Source: the human T2T-CHM13v2.0 reference genome, Homo sapiens
Assembly (NCBI RefSeq): GCF_009914755.1
Contig: NC_060931.1
Reading direction: 5' to 3' (one strand)
DNA: 64,000 nucleotides
In this document: positions 46,651 through 59,822 of the stretch, one piece after another
How the letters are laid out: every line of letters starts with the position of its first letter
Position numbering within the stretch: the stretch's first letter is position 1
The notes under the pieces: model-generated
Seen by the model: only the letters and a program-made list of their open reading frames with translations
What the model was told of the DNA's origin: nothing
Databases searched by the model: none
Position numbers and translations under genes: made by a program

Positions 46651-47099
46651 AAGCCTTGGGCTGGATTGTGAGCCTGGGCTAAACCATTCTGGCCTGTGTG
46701 TGGAATAAGATTCCAGAAGTGAGGTAGGTACTTGATGCAACTGGATTTCCTCAGTTTCATTTTGCATCACCATCTGTAAGCCAAAGATAAATTTATTACG
46801 GATGACCCTATGTTCATTCACCCTCTTTTTGGACAAATGTAAATGGTGGTGGTTAGCCAATTTTAGGGGGAGCAATGGAGGCAGTACTTGCTGAATTCAT
46901 GGTTTTTAAGATGTAGCTTTAAGAGGAAAAGAAAGCTTGAGGATTCCATGCTCCAAACTAGCATTCCATCCAGTGAGAGGAGATTATTAGTTCACTTTCT
47001 AGCAGGTATAGGTAGACAAATAAATAACTTTTGCAGAGAGAAACTCCCAGAGTGGAATTGTACATGCATAACAAAATTTTTCTCTCTCCACATTAAAAG

Positions 47100-47250
47100 G
47101 AGTGGCCTCAGACTCATCAAGCCTCTATCTCATACACGGGACCTACAGAGAGACCTCCCAATGAACCAGAGGAGACCCCTGTACAAAGGCCTTCTTTGTA
47201 CAGGAGAATATTACGAAGGCTTGCGTCCTACTGGGCACAACCACAGGATG
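47100..47250 (+). CDS. AGK: AGK exon 12 (EWPQTHQASISYTGPTERPPNEPEETPVQRPSLYRRILRRLASYWAQPQD)
   Basis: cacattaaaag|GAGTGG ... GGATG|gtgagc; 151 nt. Confidence 0.96.
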
Positions 47251-47662
47251 GTGAGCAATGTGGCGACTAAAGATTGGAGGGCCCTGGTCAGTTTAGAAGT
47301 GCCCTAAAGTAGACCTCCAAAATCAGTTTTAGAGACTTAACTAGAGCAGGAGAAGCCTCTCAGGGATCACTGAATTCATCCTTCTGTGTGCCACCAGAGC
47401 AGGCCCAAGCAATGTGCCATCAATGGGCATAGCAGTCTCTGTGCACAGTCTTTCTGTTAACGTGACTGCTTTTGGTAGTGATGTTTTAGGCACAGAGATG
47501 CCATTTTTACCTCTATGTATAAGAAGCATGAAATAAATAAAATGAAGGCAGAGTCAGCAGAAAGGTTGAGAAGCTGAGCTGAGCAGCTAGCAGCTAGCCG
47601 TCCGTGGTGGGTGGTGAAATGTTAATGGAAGAAACTGACCTGTATCTAATGGATTCCCACAG

Positions 47663-47760
47663 CCCTTTCCCAAGAGGTGAGCCCGGAGGTCTGGAAAGAT
47701 GTGCAGCTGTCCACCATTGAACTGTCCATCACAACACGGAATAATCAGCTTGACCCGACA
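47663..47760 (+). CDS. AGK: AGK exon 13 (ALSQEVSPEVWKDVQLSTIELSITTRNNQLDPT)
   Basis: ttcccacag|CCCTTTCC ... CCGACA|gtaagt; 98 nt. Confidence 0.96.
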
Positions 47761-48224
47761 GTAAGTGTGCTTTTTTATTAGAAAAGCATTTGGTACCTAA
47801 GAAAAGTGACAATAGCTATAGTCCTCTCCCACTAATTCAGTTATTTTTATTTTTACCCTGTGGAGATAGAGAGGGCAGTGTCAGGAGAAAGAGGATGTGG
47901 TGTGCCTTTAAGGAATAACAGCAATGAGGAGAAGCTGCCACCTGCAGGAGTGGCATAAATGCTTCTGGGGCTCTGATTACATGTTCTGCTCATTGCTTAA
48001 TTGGCATTCAGAGAACTTAGGGCAAGAGGGCTTTAGAAATGAAAATTAGCTATTCCCATTTGTCACTGGAAAAAAATTGTGGAACTTTTAGTTGAGTAAA
48101 TATCCACGATTTTTGTGACTGTACTAAATATGTCAAATTAGATCCTCAGGAGAAAAATACCCACACACATACATCTGTATCTATATCTACATATTATTTA
48201 TTTAGGCCCAATCTATAGGTATGC

Positions 48225-48430
48225 ACTATCCCATACGGTAGCTATTAGCCACATGTGGCTAGTTAAATTTAAATTAATTAGAATTAAATAAAATTCAAAA
48301 CTTAGTTCCTAAGTCACACTCACCACATTTCAAGTGCTCAACAGCCATATGTAGCTAGTAGCCATCATACTGGAAAGCACAGGTATACAGCCTGTCCGTC
48401 AGTGCAGAAGGTTCTGTTGGGTGGTGCTAC
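48225..48430 (+). mobile_element. MER3-like hAT MITE
   Basis: tagccacatgtggcta..aaattaaataaaatt..cacatttcaagtgctcaacagcca. Confidence 0.75.
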
Positions 48431-48464
48431 TATAGACAACACACCCAAAAGTATTGAAATAAAG

Positions 48465-48769
48465 CAGGCATTGGCAAACTGGTCTGCCACCTGTTTTTAT
48501 ATAGCCCAGAAGCCAAGAATCTTCTAATTTTAAATGATGCAAAGAAAATCAAAAGAATAATTTTTGTGAACAGAAAAATACGTAAAGTTCAAGTTTCAGT
48601 ATCCATAAATAAAGTTTTATTGGAGCACAGCCATATTCATTCACAAATATATTGTCTGTGGCTGCCTTTGTGCTACAGGGGAGAGCTGAGTAGTTGTGAC
48701 AGATTGTATGGCCCAAAGCCTAAAATGTTTATTATCTGGTCACTTACAGAAAAAGTTTACTGACCCTAG
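48465..48769 (+). mobile_element. MER58B-like hAT MITE
   Basis: TIRs caggcattggcaaac / gtttactgacccta; ataaataaagttttattgg core. Confidence 0.75.
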
Positions 48770-49131
48770 TATAGAGAAAACCTTGGTAATTTATATCAAT
48801 GAGAATGCCAATAGGAAAGTAATTGTTAACTGTGGACTAATTACATTCAGCTTGTATGCAAATTAGTCTGTTCACAGTTGTCTAGGCCAGTCTGAAAATT
48901 AGCAGATGGAGTTGGAATGTCGTGAAAAGTTTGATTCCAATATTAATAGAGTGATAAGTTTGATTCTAATATTAATGTTCAGAGTATTGAGATGTTTTCT
49001 AACTATGAAAATAATACATGTCCATTGCAAAACATTTGGAAAACATAGCTCCCTTCACCCTATAAAAAAAATTCTAGTTTGATTAAAGAACTAAATGTAA
49101 AATAATAAAATCATTAAAGTAGTAGGGTAAA

Positions 49132-49215
49132 TGGCACACGTTTATACCTATGTAACAAGGCTGCGCCTCCTGTGTATGTATCCCGGAACTTAAAATAGAA
49201 GTTTGAAGTTAAAAA
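49132..49215 (+). mobile_element. Very short L1PA/PB 3'-end insertion with a 16-bp TSD
   Basis: ggcacacgtttatacctatgtaacaa..atgtatcccggaacttaaaata; TSD aaagta(g/t)tagggtaaa at 49116 and 49216. Confidence 0.85.
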
Positions 49216-50569
49216 AAAGTATTAGGGTAAAATCTAAGTGATTATCAGTATAAAATTAAGGAGGACAAGGCCTCTCTAAGCATGACATTTAAGGCAAAAA
49301 TCATATTGATGCATTTGTCTTTTTATTTAAAAAGACATTCTAAACAAACTTTTAAATGACATATTGGGAAAAATATTAGCATGTGATAGACCAGGAATTC
49401 ACTTTCCTTTTAACAAGCTCTTAGGATAAAGCAATGAGAAATGGGCAAAGGACTAATATAAAAAGTGAGCAAGGGGTAAGAATAGAAAATTCATAAAAGA
49501 AATAAGCATATGAAAAAATAGCTTATATTTGCTGATTATTTACTACATGTGAGGCACCTGTCCTAAGAATTTTACATAATATTATGTAATCCTTATAGGT
49601 AGATATCTTTATCTGCATTTTGTAGGTAAGGAGACAGAGTGATTTCAGCAAAGAAATGCAAATTAAAATAGTAAGATTGAATTGTCATGACTAAAAAGCA
49701 TGTTATAGATTAAAAGCTTAGTGGTGGTGTGTGTTTCTGATGGGAATATAGATTGGAACATCCTGTCTCAGCAATTTGGCATAGTATACATAAAGTGTCT
49801 AAAATATATGCATACCTTCTGCCCTATTAACTGTATTTCTAGGAATTTATCCTACTGGAATAACCTGATGAATATATAATGTAGGCAGTCCTTTTTTACA
49901 TAATGGAAATCTGAAAAACACTGGTGAAAGTGGATATGTGAATGCTAAAAAAAAAAAAATAGATTCTGTTCCAGAGGAATTTAAAAGAGAAAGATAAAAT
50001 GTCTAATTATACATCTCCTTTATACCAAGTCTTTAATAATATGTATTCCGAGTATTTTATTCATGTTCTTTACCATTGTTCTTTTCTCTGATGACTGAGT
50101 ACCACTGAATGGATTGAGTTCAGTGAGTATGTGAGTGCGCTCAAGATTAGCCACACTCACAATGCCAAGTGCTTTTTATCTTTGTGCCTATTTAAAAGTA
50201 TACGATACTGTGCCGCTTATCACTAGTAGCAGCAAATTCATTTGTTTCGTTTTTGCACAGTTCTTTATAAAAATAAAAGCAAATGCAATACAATAAAGGC
50301 AGTGTAGCTGCCGTGTAATAGCTCAAAATGTTCACTTATTAAAAGCAGCACATTCAGTGTATGAAAGAAGCTGTAGGAGTATAGAATGTGTGAAAATTAG
50401 GATCTCTTATACAACTATGCTCACTGTATAATAGTAAAATATTTGCAATGAACTAATCAGACTGAATAAATTTTGGTACATTTATTAAAAGTCATATCTA
50501 TTTTATATATGTATTATTTTCTATCTATTGACATGGGAAAAATAGGTGAAAAGATTTGCAACATAGTTC

Positions 50570-51710
50570 CATTTTTCTTTAAAAAGGAAATACCCCCACT
50601 TATAAGTGAGTTTTGTGAATGATGGAGGTAAAGCTCCAATTTTATGTTCTTTCCAAATAGAAAGCCAGTTGTCCAAGCGCCATTTATTGAAATCTCCATT
50701 TTCCCCCATTGATCTTCAATAAACCTCTGCCATACATCATGTCTATATACATGTAAATGTTTCTAGTCTCTTTCTTCTATTGTTGTTCCATTTTCTCATA
50801 TTTATACTAATACTCTGCTTCTCTTATTATAGTTTTATAATAAGTTCTATGTTTTTCTCTTTTTACACAGTCTCTTGGCTATTCTTAGCTCATTTGAGTT
50901 CTATAAATATTTTAGAATGTTTATTTTATTAAATTCCACATAAAAATGTTATAATATTGATCTCACTGCATTGTACCCATAGATCAATTTGGAGAGAAAT
51001 GACATTTCTACAATATTGACTCCTCTAGCATATGAACGGGGTATATCTCTTCATTTATTTAGGTCTTCAATGTCTTTCAATGAAGTTTTATAGTTTTCTC
51101 TGGAATATCCTGTCTTTTGCTGGATATATTCCCAGTTATCTTAATTTTTATGCTATTCTAAATAATATCTATTAAAATTTCATTTTCTACCTGATTTAGT
51201 AGATGGACATATAATTGATTTTTATATCAATGCTGAATCAGCAACCTAATTAAATTATTATTAATTATTCTAACTTTCTTTCAATGAATTCTTTCAAATT
51301 TTCTACAGATTTAGTCATGGCCAATGCAAATAGTGCAAGGTTTGTTTTCTCTCTTCAAATACTTATCCTTACAATCCTTCATTTTACTTAGAGCACTGGA
51401 TAGGACCTCAGTACATGGTTAAATAGAAGTAGCAGTAACAGGAGTCCCCATCGTCTTTCTTATTTCTGATTTAGAGAGAAAGTCTTCATTGCTTCATGCT
51501 TGTATTTAATGTGCTTTCTTTTTTTATAGACACCCTTTATCAGATTAAGGCAGTTCCTTTCTATTCCCAGTTTGCTAAGCATTTTTATCTTTCATGTTAA
51601 ATATCTTAGATATTTAATTTTATCAAGTACTCTTCCAGCATCTATTGAGATAATAAAGTTTCCTCATTTAATCTGTCAAAGCAATAAAATGAATTGATTT
51701 TTGAATGTTA
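50570..51710 (-). mobile_element. Old L1M ORF2 fragment
   Basis: Minus-strand translation FNKWRLDNWLSIWK resembles L1 ORF2 FNKWCWENW. Confidence 0.75.
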
Positions 51711-52422
51711 ATGTGAGACTTTTGGCCAAGATGTAGCAAAAAGCACCAGCTTTATACCTTAAACACCTTAAAAATTGGACAAAATCTTTGAAACAACTAT
51801 ATGAGACATTGGTATGAGACAAGCAGCATAGGACAGTGAGTCCAGAGAGCAAGAAGTTGAACACAGTGAGCCTGATGCTTGCCCGAGGTGACTGCTGGAG
51901 AGAGGCCACAGCCTGCGGAGAGGGAGCCCACACAGAGCCCATGCCCTACCTCAGTTGAGGGGTCTTTGAGAATTTGAGAAATCAAGGCAGCTAGAATTGC
52001 AAGGCAGGATACAAGAGAGCCCCATGGAGAGGAGAGCCGCACCCAGAACCAAGCTAGAGGTTTACGGAGGTGTCCTCTGGAATCTTCAGCTGAGTACTGA
52101 CAGGTGCATGCATGTGAGAAACCACCACCCGAGATAGAGGTTGAGTTACCTACCAGTGAGCAGGCGGGACAGTCTCAGGAGAGTCAGTCCTCTCACAAAG
52201 CCAGGAATAGTTCGTGTTCAAACCAATTAGAGTAGAAAATCCTCTTCAGACATGGGGCATTGGGTAGTGTCCTCAGAAAGGTATTGCCTCAGTAGTGAGT
52301 CAAAATTAATTCTAGACTAAAGGCTGCCCTCTTCCCTGTTAACAAAGCTAAAGGCTCACCTCCAAAGAACCACAGTTTCTTTCTAGGTAACTTAATTGTG
52401 CCTCCAGAACAAAGCTTTAGAA

Positions 52423-52754
52423 CAGGGGTCAGCAAAGGACAGCCCACAGGCCCGACTATCCTGCTGCCTGTATTTGTACAGCCTTGAAGCTAACAATATT
52501 TTTTACATTTTTAAATCATTGAAAAAAATCAAAAGAAGAGTATTTTTCCCCGTTACGTGTGGAAATTGTCTTCAAATTTCAGTGTCTTTAAGTCAAATTT
52601 TACTGGAACACAGGCAGGCTAATTCATTTGAGTATATTCTCTGGTTGCTTTCAGCTACTATGGCTGAGTTGAATAGCTGTGAGAGAGACCTCATGGTCTG
52701 CAAGCCTACAGTGTTCACTCTCTGGCTCTTTACAGAAAATGTTTCCCGACCCTG
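52423..52754 (+). mobile_element. MER58B-like hAT MITE
   Basis: TIRs caggggtcagcaaa / gtttcccgaccctg. Confidence 0.8.
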
Positions 52755-53009
52755 TTCTAGCTGAAGTGTGGCTCTCCCCTGAGTTTTGCCTTTCCCACAG
52801 TCTTTAAGCAGTGGCTGTGCTTTCTTTCTTTTCCTCCCCTTGTATGCTGGGCCTGGTGACTTGGTGGTTGTCCTCCTGACTCATCACTGCTTTAACCCAT
52901 TCTTCCTCCTCCTCTCTAACTACCCCCCCACCCAGCCCCACCTCTCAATGTCCTATTGTCAGAGCAGATCATTGCTCCTGGGAGCTCCTGAACCCTGGGC
53001 CGTTCTTAC

Positions 53010-54260
<1,251 letters not shown>

Positions 54261-55114
54261 GGTGAACTTTCAAAGTCATCCACTTTATGTTTTGTAATTC
54301 TTAGTTGAGAGTTCTTTGTTAGTTACCCTTTAATCTTAGGCAAAGGCTTTAAGGCTCTCAGAGGCCTCAAATCCTGGGCCTGAACATTTTGAACCTACCC
54401 CAAAAGAAACAAGACCTCTATTTGAAGCTGACATAGAAGTTGTGGGATTGATTTACAGAGGGCTAGGTTTGTATGGCTAGTCACTGACTGGTAGCAAATT
54501 ATGGGAACTGGTCCAAGAACCAAGTCTGTTTTGATAGCCATTTTGTCGTAGCTCAAATCATCCAGAGCTTTCTGTGGCTGGAAATGGAAAGTTTTTAAAC
54601 ATTACCATAGAATAAACGGATTGCTGTTTTCCAACTCTGGTTGCACACCAAATTTGTATGTAGAGCATTAAAGAAGCACAGGCACTTGGGCTCTCCACAC
54701 CAAGCAGCCGATTCCATGCTGTCATGTGAAGCTCATGTACAGTGAACACTGAGATTGCTGGGATGGGCTGAAAGCTTGGCCTGCAAGGGAAGTAATCCTA
54801 GAGACTAGAACGGCTAATAATTACTAGTGAGTGACAGAACGTCCAGAACCTCCCACTCTGAGTTTTGTTTGCTTATGTAGTAAAAAAAAAAGCCAAGCAA
54901 TGGAGATGAATTTTCTATAAATTATACCTCAGTAAAGCTCTTTGTGAAAAAAAAAAAAAAAAAGATTGAAAATAGGTTTGGAATTAAATCACTACAAGTA
55001 GAGTCCCCTATCTATATATAGCTTCAAACTATGAACCATCAAAGCTGAGGATGACAACAGGCTGCATTAGCCAAATTTTAAGAGTAATGACGTTAGTGTT
55101 CTTAACCTTTTTAG

Positions 55115-55185
55115 AGCAAAGAAGATTTTCTGAATATCTGCATTGAACCTGACACCATCAGCAAAGGAGACTTTATAACTATAGG
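55115..55185 (+). CDS. AGK: AGK exon 14 (SKEDFLNICIEPDTISKGDFITIG)
   Basis: cctttttag|AGCAAA ... ATAGG|gtaagt; 71 nt. Confidence 0.96.
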
Positions 55186-55429
55186 GTAAGTGGACTGGGG
55201 TTCACAGGAAATGAGGCTTGTGATTTTCTCAGATTTTACTATTCAGAGTGCCCCATGAAGTCTAAGACAGAAATCCAGCCAAAGCCTTGTCTTGTTTGGG
55301 AATTTCGATGTTATTTCTTTCCTATGGGCTGACATGTAGAGTGCCCCTCTCCTATGCTGGCCATCACTGTTCATTTTGTGGGGATCAGAATGTAAGAGCA
55401 GTCTTTGTTTTTCAATTGAAACCAAAGAA

Positions 55430-55650
55430 TTCAATGGAGCATGACACAGCGTCAAGAACTTTGGTTTCAGGGTCAAAGAGCTGAATGCAAATTTTGATTC
55501 TGCCACTTACCCGACGTCATGACTCGGATCATTTAGCATCTCTGAATTCTTTCCGTCTACAGAATGAAATAATCATCTCTGCCGATCTCAGGACTGGCTT
55601 TCAGCCTTGAGTAAGAGAATGTGTGTCAAGCCTTTTTATATTTTGAAGCA
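55430..55650 (+). mobile_element. MIR
   Basis: tctgccacttac..ctctgaattc..tccgtctacagaatg core. Confidence 0.6.
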
Positions 55651-56598
55651 CTTCACAGTATCCATTACTATTTATGTCAGTTCACCATGTCCTCCTATTC
55701 CCAGGGCCTTCATGAAAAACTGGAAAAGGTATTGAGTACCTTGGACATTTCCCAGGCCTTTTTCCCTTTTCCAATACAGAATACCCTTCCAAGTTCTGTG
55801 ATTTGTTAAGTCCTACCTCTGCCAGAATTTTATTGGTAAAGAACACTATAAATCCTCCTTCAGGGCATCTGAGGAGCTGGTGTGTTCCCATGCCAACTGG
55901 TAATCTGCTCAGCTCCGCTTTTCTGTGCTTTGTCTCAGAGCTCCCTCTCGTGCCCATTTAGGGATCACACATTTCTGCTGCAGCGGCCTGGTCTCCATGG
56001 CTACTTCATTATCTACACAGGCACATAAGTTTGTTGTTCTTGCCTTTGGCATAAATTCTTCAGAGACTGAATAGCTGATTCTGCAGCCTTTGATTTTCTT
56101 GCTGTATCTATAAGAAGGGAAAATCCTGTTCCTTCTACAGAATGTCCAGAAATCACACAATCTTCATTGACAGTCTGGCCAGTGAGACCAGCAATATTCA
56201 AATCTCCTTTATGATACTGGTATCCAGAAATAGAGACCCCAATTCTATTGCTAAGGTTAGGCGAAGCCACTATGTTCTGCATTGTTAGCACCAGTGGCAG
56301 CCAGTGTCCTTCTGTTCTCTACAGGAAGTGAAATCAAGTAATGTCTGTTTCCTCTGGATATCTGAAGAGAACATAGTGAAGCTGCGTTAGAAAACTCTGA
56401 TACCGTTTTGTAGAGTTACTGTTGTTAATAAATGATAAATGGACTGATTTACTTAGATTAGCTTTTACTGTATTTCCACTGCCTAAAAGATACATCTGCA
56501 TGAGGTGGAGTGTGTGTCTGTATATGCGCTGGAAATTTTACTCCATAGTCACTCAGTCAAGGTAGATATTGTATGCCAAGTAGACCGCGTTATAAATA

Positions 56599-56915
56599 CA
56601 GTCATCCCACGGTATCCTTGGGGTATTGGTTCCAGGACCTCCCTCAGATACCAAAATCCACAGGTTGTCAAGCCCCTTCTATATAGTGGCACGGTATTTG
56701 CATAGACTTAGGCACGTCCTCCCTATGCACACTAAATCATCTCTAGATTACTTGTAATACTCAATATAATGTAAATGCTATGTGGATGGTTGCTGTCCTG
56801 TATTCTCTAGGGGATAAGATAGTCTGTACGGATTCAGTACAGGTGCAAAAATATGTATTCTCTATCCTCAGTTGGTTGAATCCACGGGAGTGGGACCCAC
56901 AGATAGGAAGGGTTA
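56599..56915 (+). mobile_element. MER2 MITE
   Basis: TA|cagtcatcccacggtatcc..ttggttccaggacc..gataccaaaatcc..aaatcatctctagattactt. Confidence 0.8.
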
Positions 56916-57376
56916 TCAGAGAACTTCTAAGACTAGTTGTTCATATACATAAAAGAAATATCTACATTAAAGTAAAAATATTTTATCCTTCAAGTAATCA
57001 CAAGAAGTACCAAATACCAGACGTTTAGTACTTTTCCTAAAGAATTTCATTCTAATTTTTAAATTTGAGACTAACAATCTAAGAATTAGGTACATGTGGA
57101 ATGATTATTTTTAAATCAATCAATTTTTAAATCAAATTAAGAGCATTTCAGAGAAAGTCATAACTTCATGCCCAGTTCTCTACTTTCAGTCTAGAATGTA
57201 TCACAAGGCTAAGCAAGAATCACTGTTGGAAAAATTATTTACAGAATTCTATGGCTTAATAGACCATCTGTCCACTTATGTAAGCTCATAAAAAGGGGGA
57301 AAGAAGTTGCTACATTGTTGCAACCTAGTGCAGTTGCCATCACTGGTCTTAAGCTTGCTTTTTCCTGTGCTCACAG

Positions 57377-57461
57377 AAGTCGAAAGGTGAGAAACCCCAA
57401 GCTGCACGTGGAGGGCACGGAGTGTCTCCAAGCCAGCCAGTGCACTTTGCTTATCCCGGAG
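57377..57461 (+). CDS. AGK: AGK exon 15 (SRKVRNPKLHVEGTECLQASQCTLLIPE)
   Basis: gctcacag|AAGTCGA ... CCGGAG|gtgagt; 85 nt, ends in phase 0. Confidence 0.97.
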
Positions 57462-58638
57462 GTGAGTGGGGAAGGGGTCGGTAGTCACAGCATTTGATTC
57501 GTTCGTCATCGGCCTGCCCCTCTGTGGTGTCCCATCCTTCCTCTCTGTTAGCTGACCTAGACTTAGGCACATATTGTGTGCCAAGCATTTTGCCAGGCTC
57601 TGGGTCATATTAGCGGGGAGCTGAAAAGGATGGCAGAATCTCCTTGGGAGTCATGGATTTAGAGTTGGACTTCTGAAGACTCCCATCGTTTTCGAACCAA
57701 GGTTCTTCCCTAAAGTGAGTTTTAGGTCTCCTTTTATTTTTCCATATGTAAATAATGCAGAAGGTTACTACATTAAGACACATAGAGAATTGTCTAGCTG
57801 GCAAATGTTAATAGTGGCTTTTACTTTAACATTTTTTATAAAGGATCTGGAAGCAGTTTTCAGTTCAACACTGAATTTTTCTGTATTATGAAATGCCATG
57901 CTTAGAATAACCTATGTAAGTGAAAAAAATTGGAAATAGAATCTGGAATTGGGAGGTTATTCAATTGTCAATACGGAAAAAAAGGAGGCTCTTCATATAG
58001 CCTTTGAAGACATGTGGCCATATATTACTGTATTCAGACAAGACTATAGGTAAACAGAAGGTATCCCCATAGTGACTGGCGTCACAGTTTCGATATAAAT
58101 ATTGAATTAAATGCATGAGTTATGGAAGGGTTTCATAGACTGTAATGATATTAATGTTGATACACCTTGGGTATATCAAGCTAAACAAGTCTTAGAGAAT
58201 AATGAAAATGATCCAGCAGATACAATAGCATGTCATAAGAGAATTAGCTGTCTTTATTTTTATTTGAGAAGGATTAGCATAATATAGAAAGACTATGTAT
58301 ATGAGTTCCTTAAGACATGGCAGGACCCTTGCCTTTTAATACATATTTGAAAATTATAACCATGTTGTTCAAATCCCAAAATACTCTGGGAGGAGATAGG
58401 GGCCAAAAAAAGAAAATAAATCCTTTTTCATGGATGGTAGAATTAGGATGTTTCCAGAACCAGCACTGTGCCCATCGTAGTAGGCACTGAATTTTTTTTT
58501 GTAAAAGAACATTAGGATAGCTCCTCAAGAGAGGATGTTGTTTTCCATAATGAACTTCTTCTGGTGCTGCTGTGAGACCTCCAACTCCAGTAGGCCACTG
58601 ATGTGTTTGAGCTGTTCTGAATATTCTCTTCTCCCCAG

Positions 58639-58776
58639 GGAGCAGGGGGCTCTTTTAGCATTGACAGTGAGGAGTATGAAGCGATGCCTGTGGAGGTGAA
58701 ACTGCTCCCCAGGAAGCTGCAGTTCTTCTGTGATCCTAGGAAGAGAGAACAGATGCTCACAAGCCCCACCCAGTGA
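58639..58776 (+). CDS. AGK: AGK exon 16 coding part (GAGGSFSIDSEEYEAMPVEVKLLPRKLQFFCDPRKREQMLTSPTQ*)
   Basis: ctccccag|GGAGCA ... CAG TGA; stop at 58774-58776. Confidence 0.97.
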   Translation, partial: GAGGSFSIDSEEYEAMPVEVKLLPRKLQFFCDPRKREQMLTSPTQ

Positions 58777-59616
58777 GCAGCAGAAGACAAGCACTCTGAG
58801 ACCACACTTTAGGCCACCGGTGGGACCAAAAGGGAACAGGTGCCTCAGCCATCCCAACAGTGTCGTCAGAGGGTCCCCAGGGCATTTTCATGGCAAGTAC
58901 CCCTCTGCCCCCACTCCAGCAGTGCTTCCCAAAGTGTGCTCTGTCACCTGCTTTGCAATCGGCTTCCATTAGCGCATGTTTTATTTTGGTGTGACGGTTG
59001 GCCCTCCTAAACACGGACTTTCCTCAGGCTGGTTCAAGACGGAAAAGGACTTTCTTCTGTTTTCTTCCAAAGTGCAACCACAGTGGAGAGCCCACGGTGG
59101 GCTTAGCCTGCCTAGGCCCTTCCATTTCTCTTCTTTGACCGTGCTAGGAATTCCAGGAAAGTGCATTCCTGCCCTGGTGACCTTTTCCTATGTCTAGGCT
59201 CCTCCACAGGTGCTGCTATTTTGTGAGCTCCGGCTCCTGTTTAGCTTTTATTTCAGTTCTAACCTCAGTCCAGAAACATATGTGAGGTTGTTTCCCTCTT
59301 CAGCCACGGCTACAATACCGGAAAATGCTAGTTTTTATTTATTTTTTTAAGTAGTGCTTCCTAAATGGTTTGCATGAGAGCCACCTGGGGTACATGTTGA
59401 AAACTTATTTGGGGTCTACCCCAAACCTAATAACCCAAATTTGGGGATGGGGCCCAGGAATATGCATTTTTAAAAAGTCATCTGCCCTTCCCAGGTGATT
59501 CTGTAAGTTGTCCCTCAACTGTACTTGGAGAAATCGTGTTTTAAAGCAGTAGTCCACAAAGTATTCTGCTCATGTGCCCCCAAAAGTATTTTGAAAAATC
59601 ATGTATACCCTCACCC

Positions 59617-59664
59617 ATCTAAGTTGATATCTAAAATTTTATCTAAGTTGGTATCTAAAATTTT
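59617..59664. repeat. 24-bp tandem duplication in the 3' UTR
   Basis: atctaagttg(a/g)tatctaaaatttt x2. Confidence 0.9.
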
Positions 59665-59730
59665 TCATGGGAAGTTAAATAGTTGACAAAGTATGTATTT
59701 GCTGGTGTCGTGTAAATATTGGTATTTTAA

Positions 59731-59736
59731 AATAAA
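59731..59736 (+). terminator. poly(A) signal AATAAA (proximal)
   Basis: Canonical hexamer with TGTA elements upstream (59694, 59711). Confidence 0.6.
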
Positions 59737-59816
59737 AACTGTTACATCACTATTTTAAACATATCCAGTACAATTTAAATATCACAACAATTTGACACCC
59801 TTCATTCATTTATAAA

Positions 59817-59822
59817 AATAAA
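59817..59822 (+). terminator. poly(A) signal AATAAA
   Basis: Canonical hexamer followed by U-rich sequence (ttttctccttctgtattt). Confidence 0.55.

Noticed and set aside
46888-47307. 139-aa ORF overlapping exon 12
   Set aside because: It is an alternative frame of the true exon, has a non-ATG start and runs across both splice sites.
55098-55114. U12-like branch sequence (ttcttaac) close to the exon 14 acceptor
   Set aside because: The intron 13 donor is GTAAGT (U2 type), not GTATCCTT.
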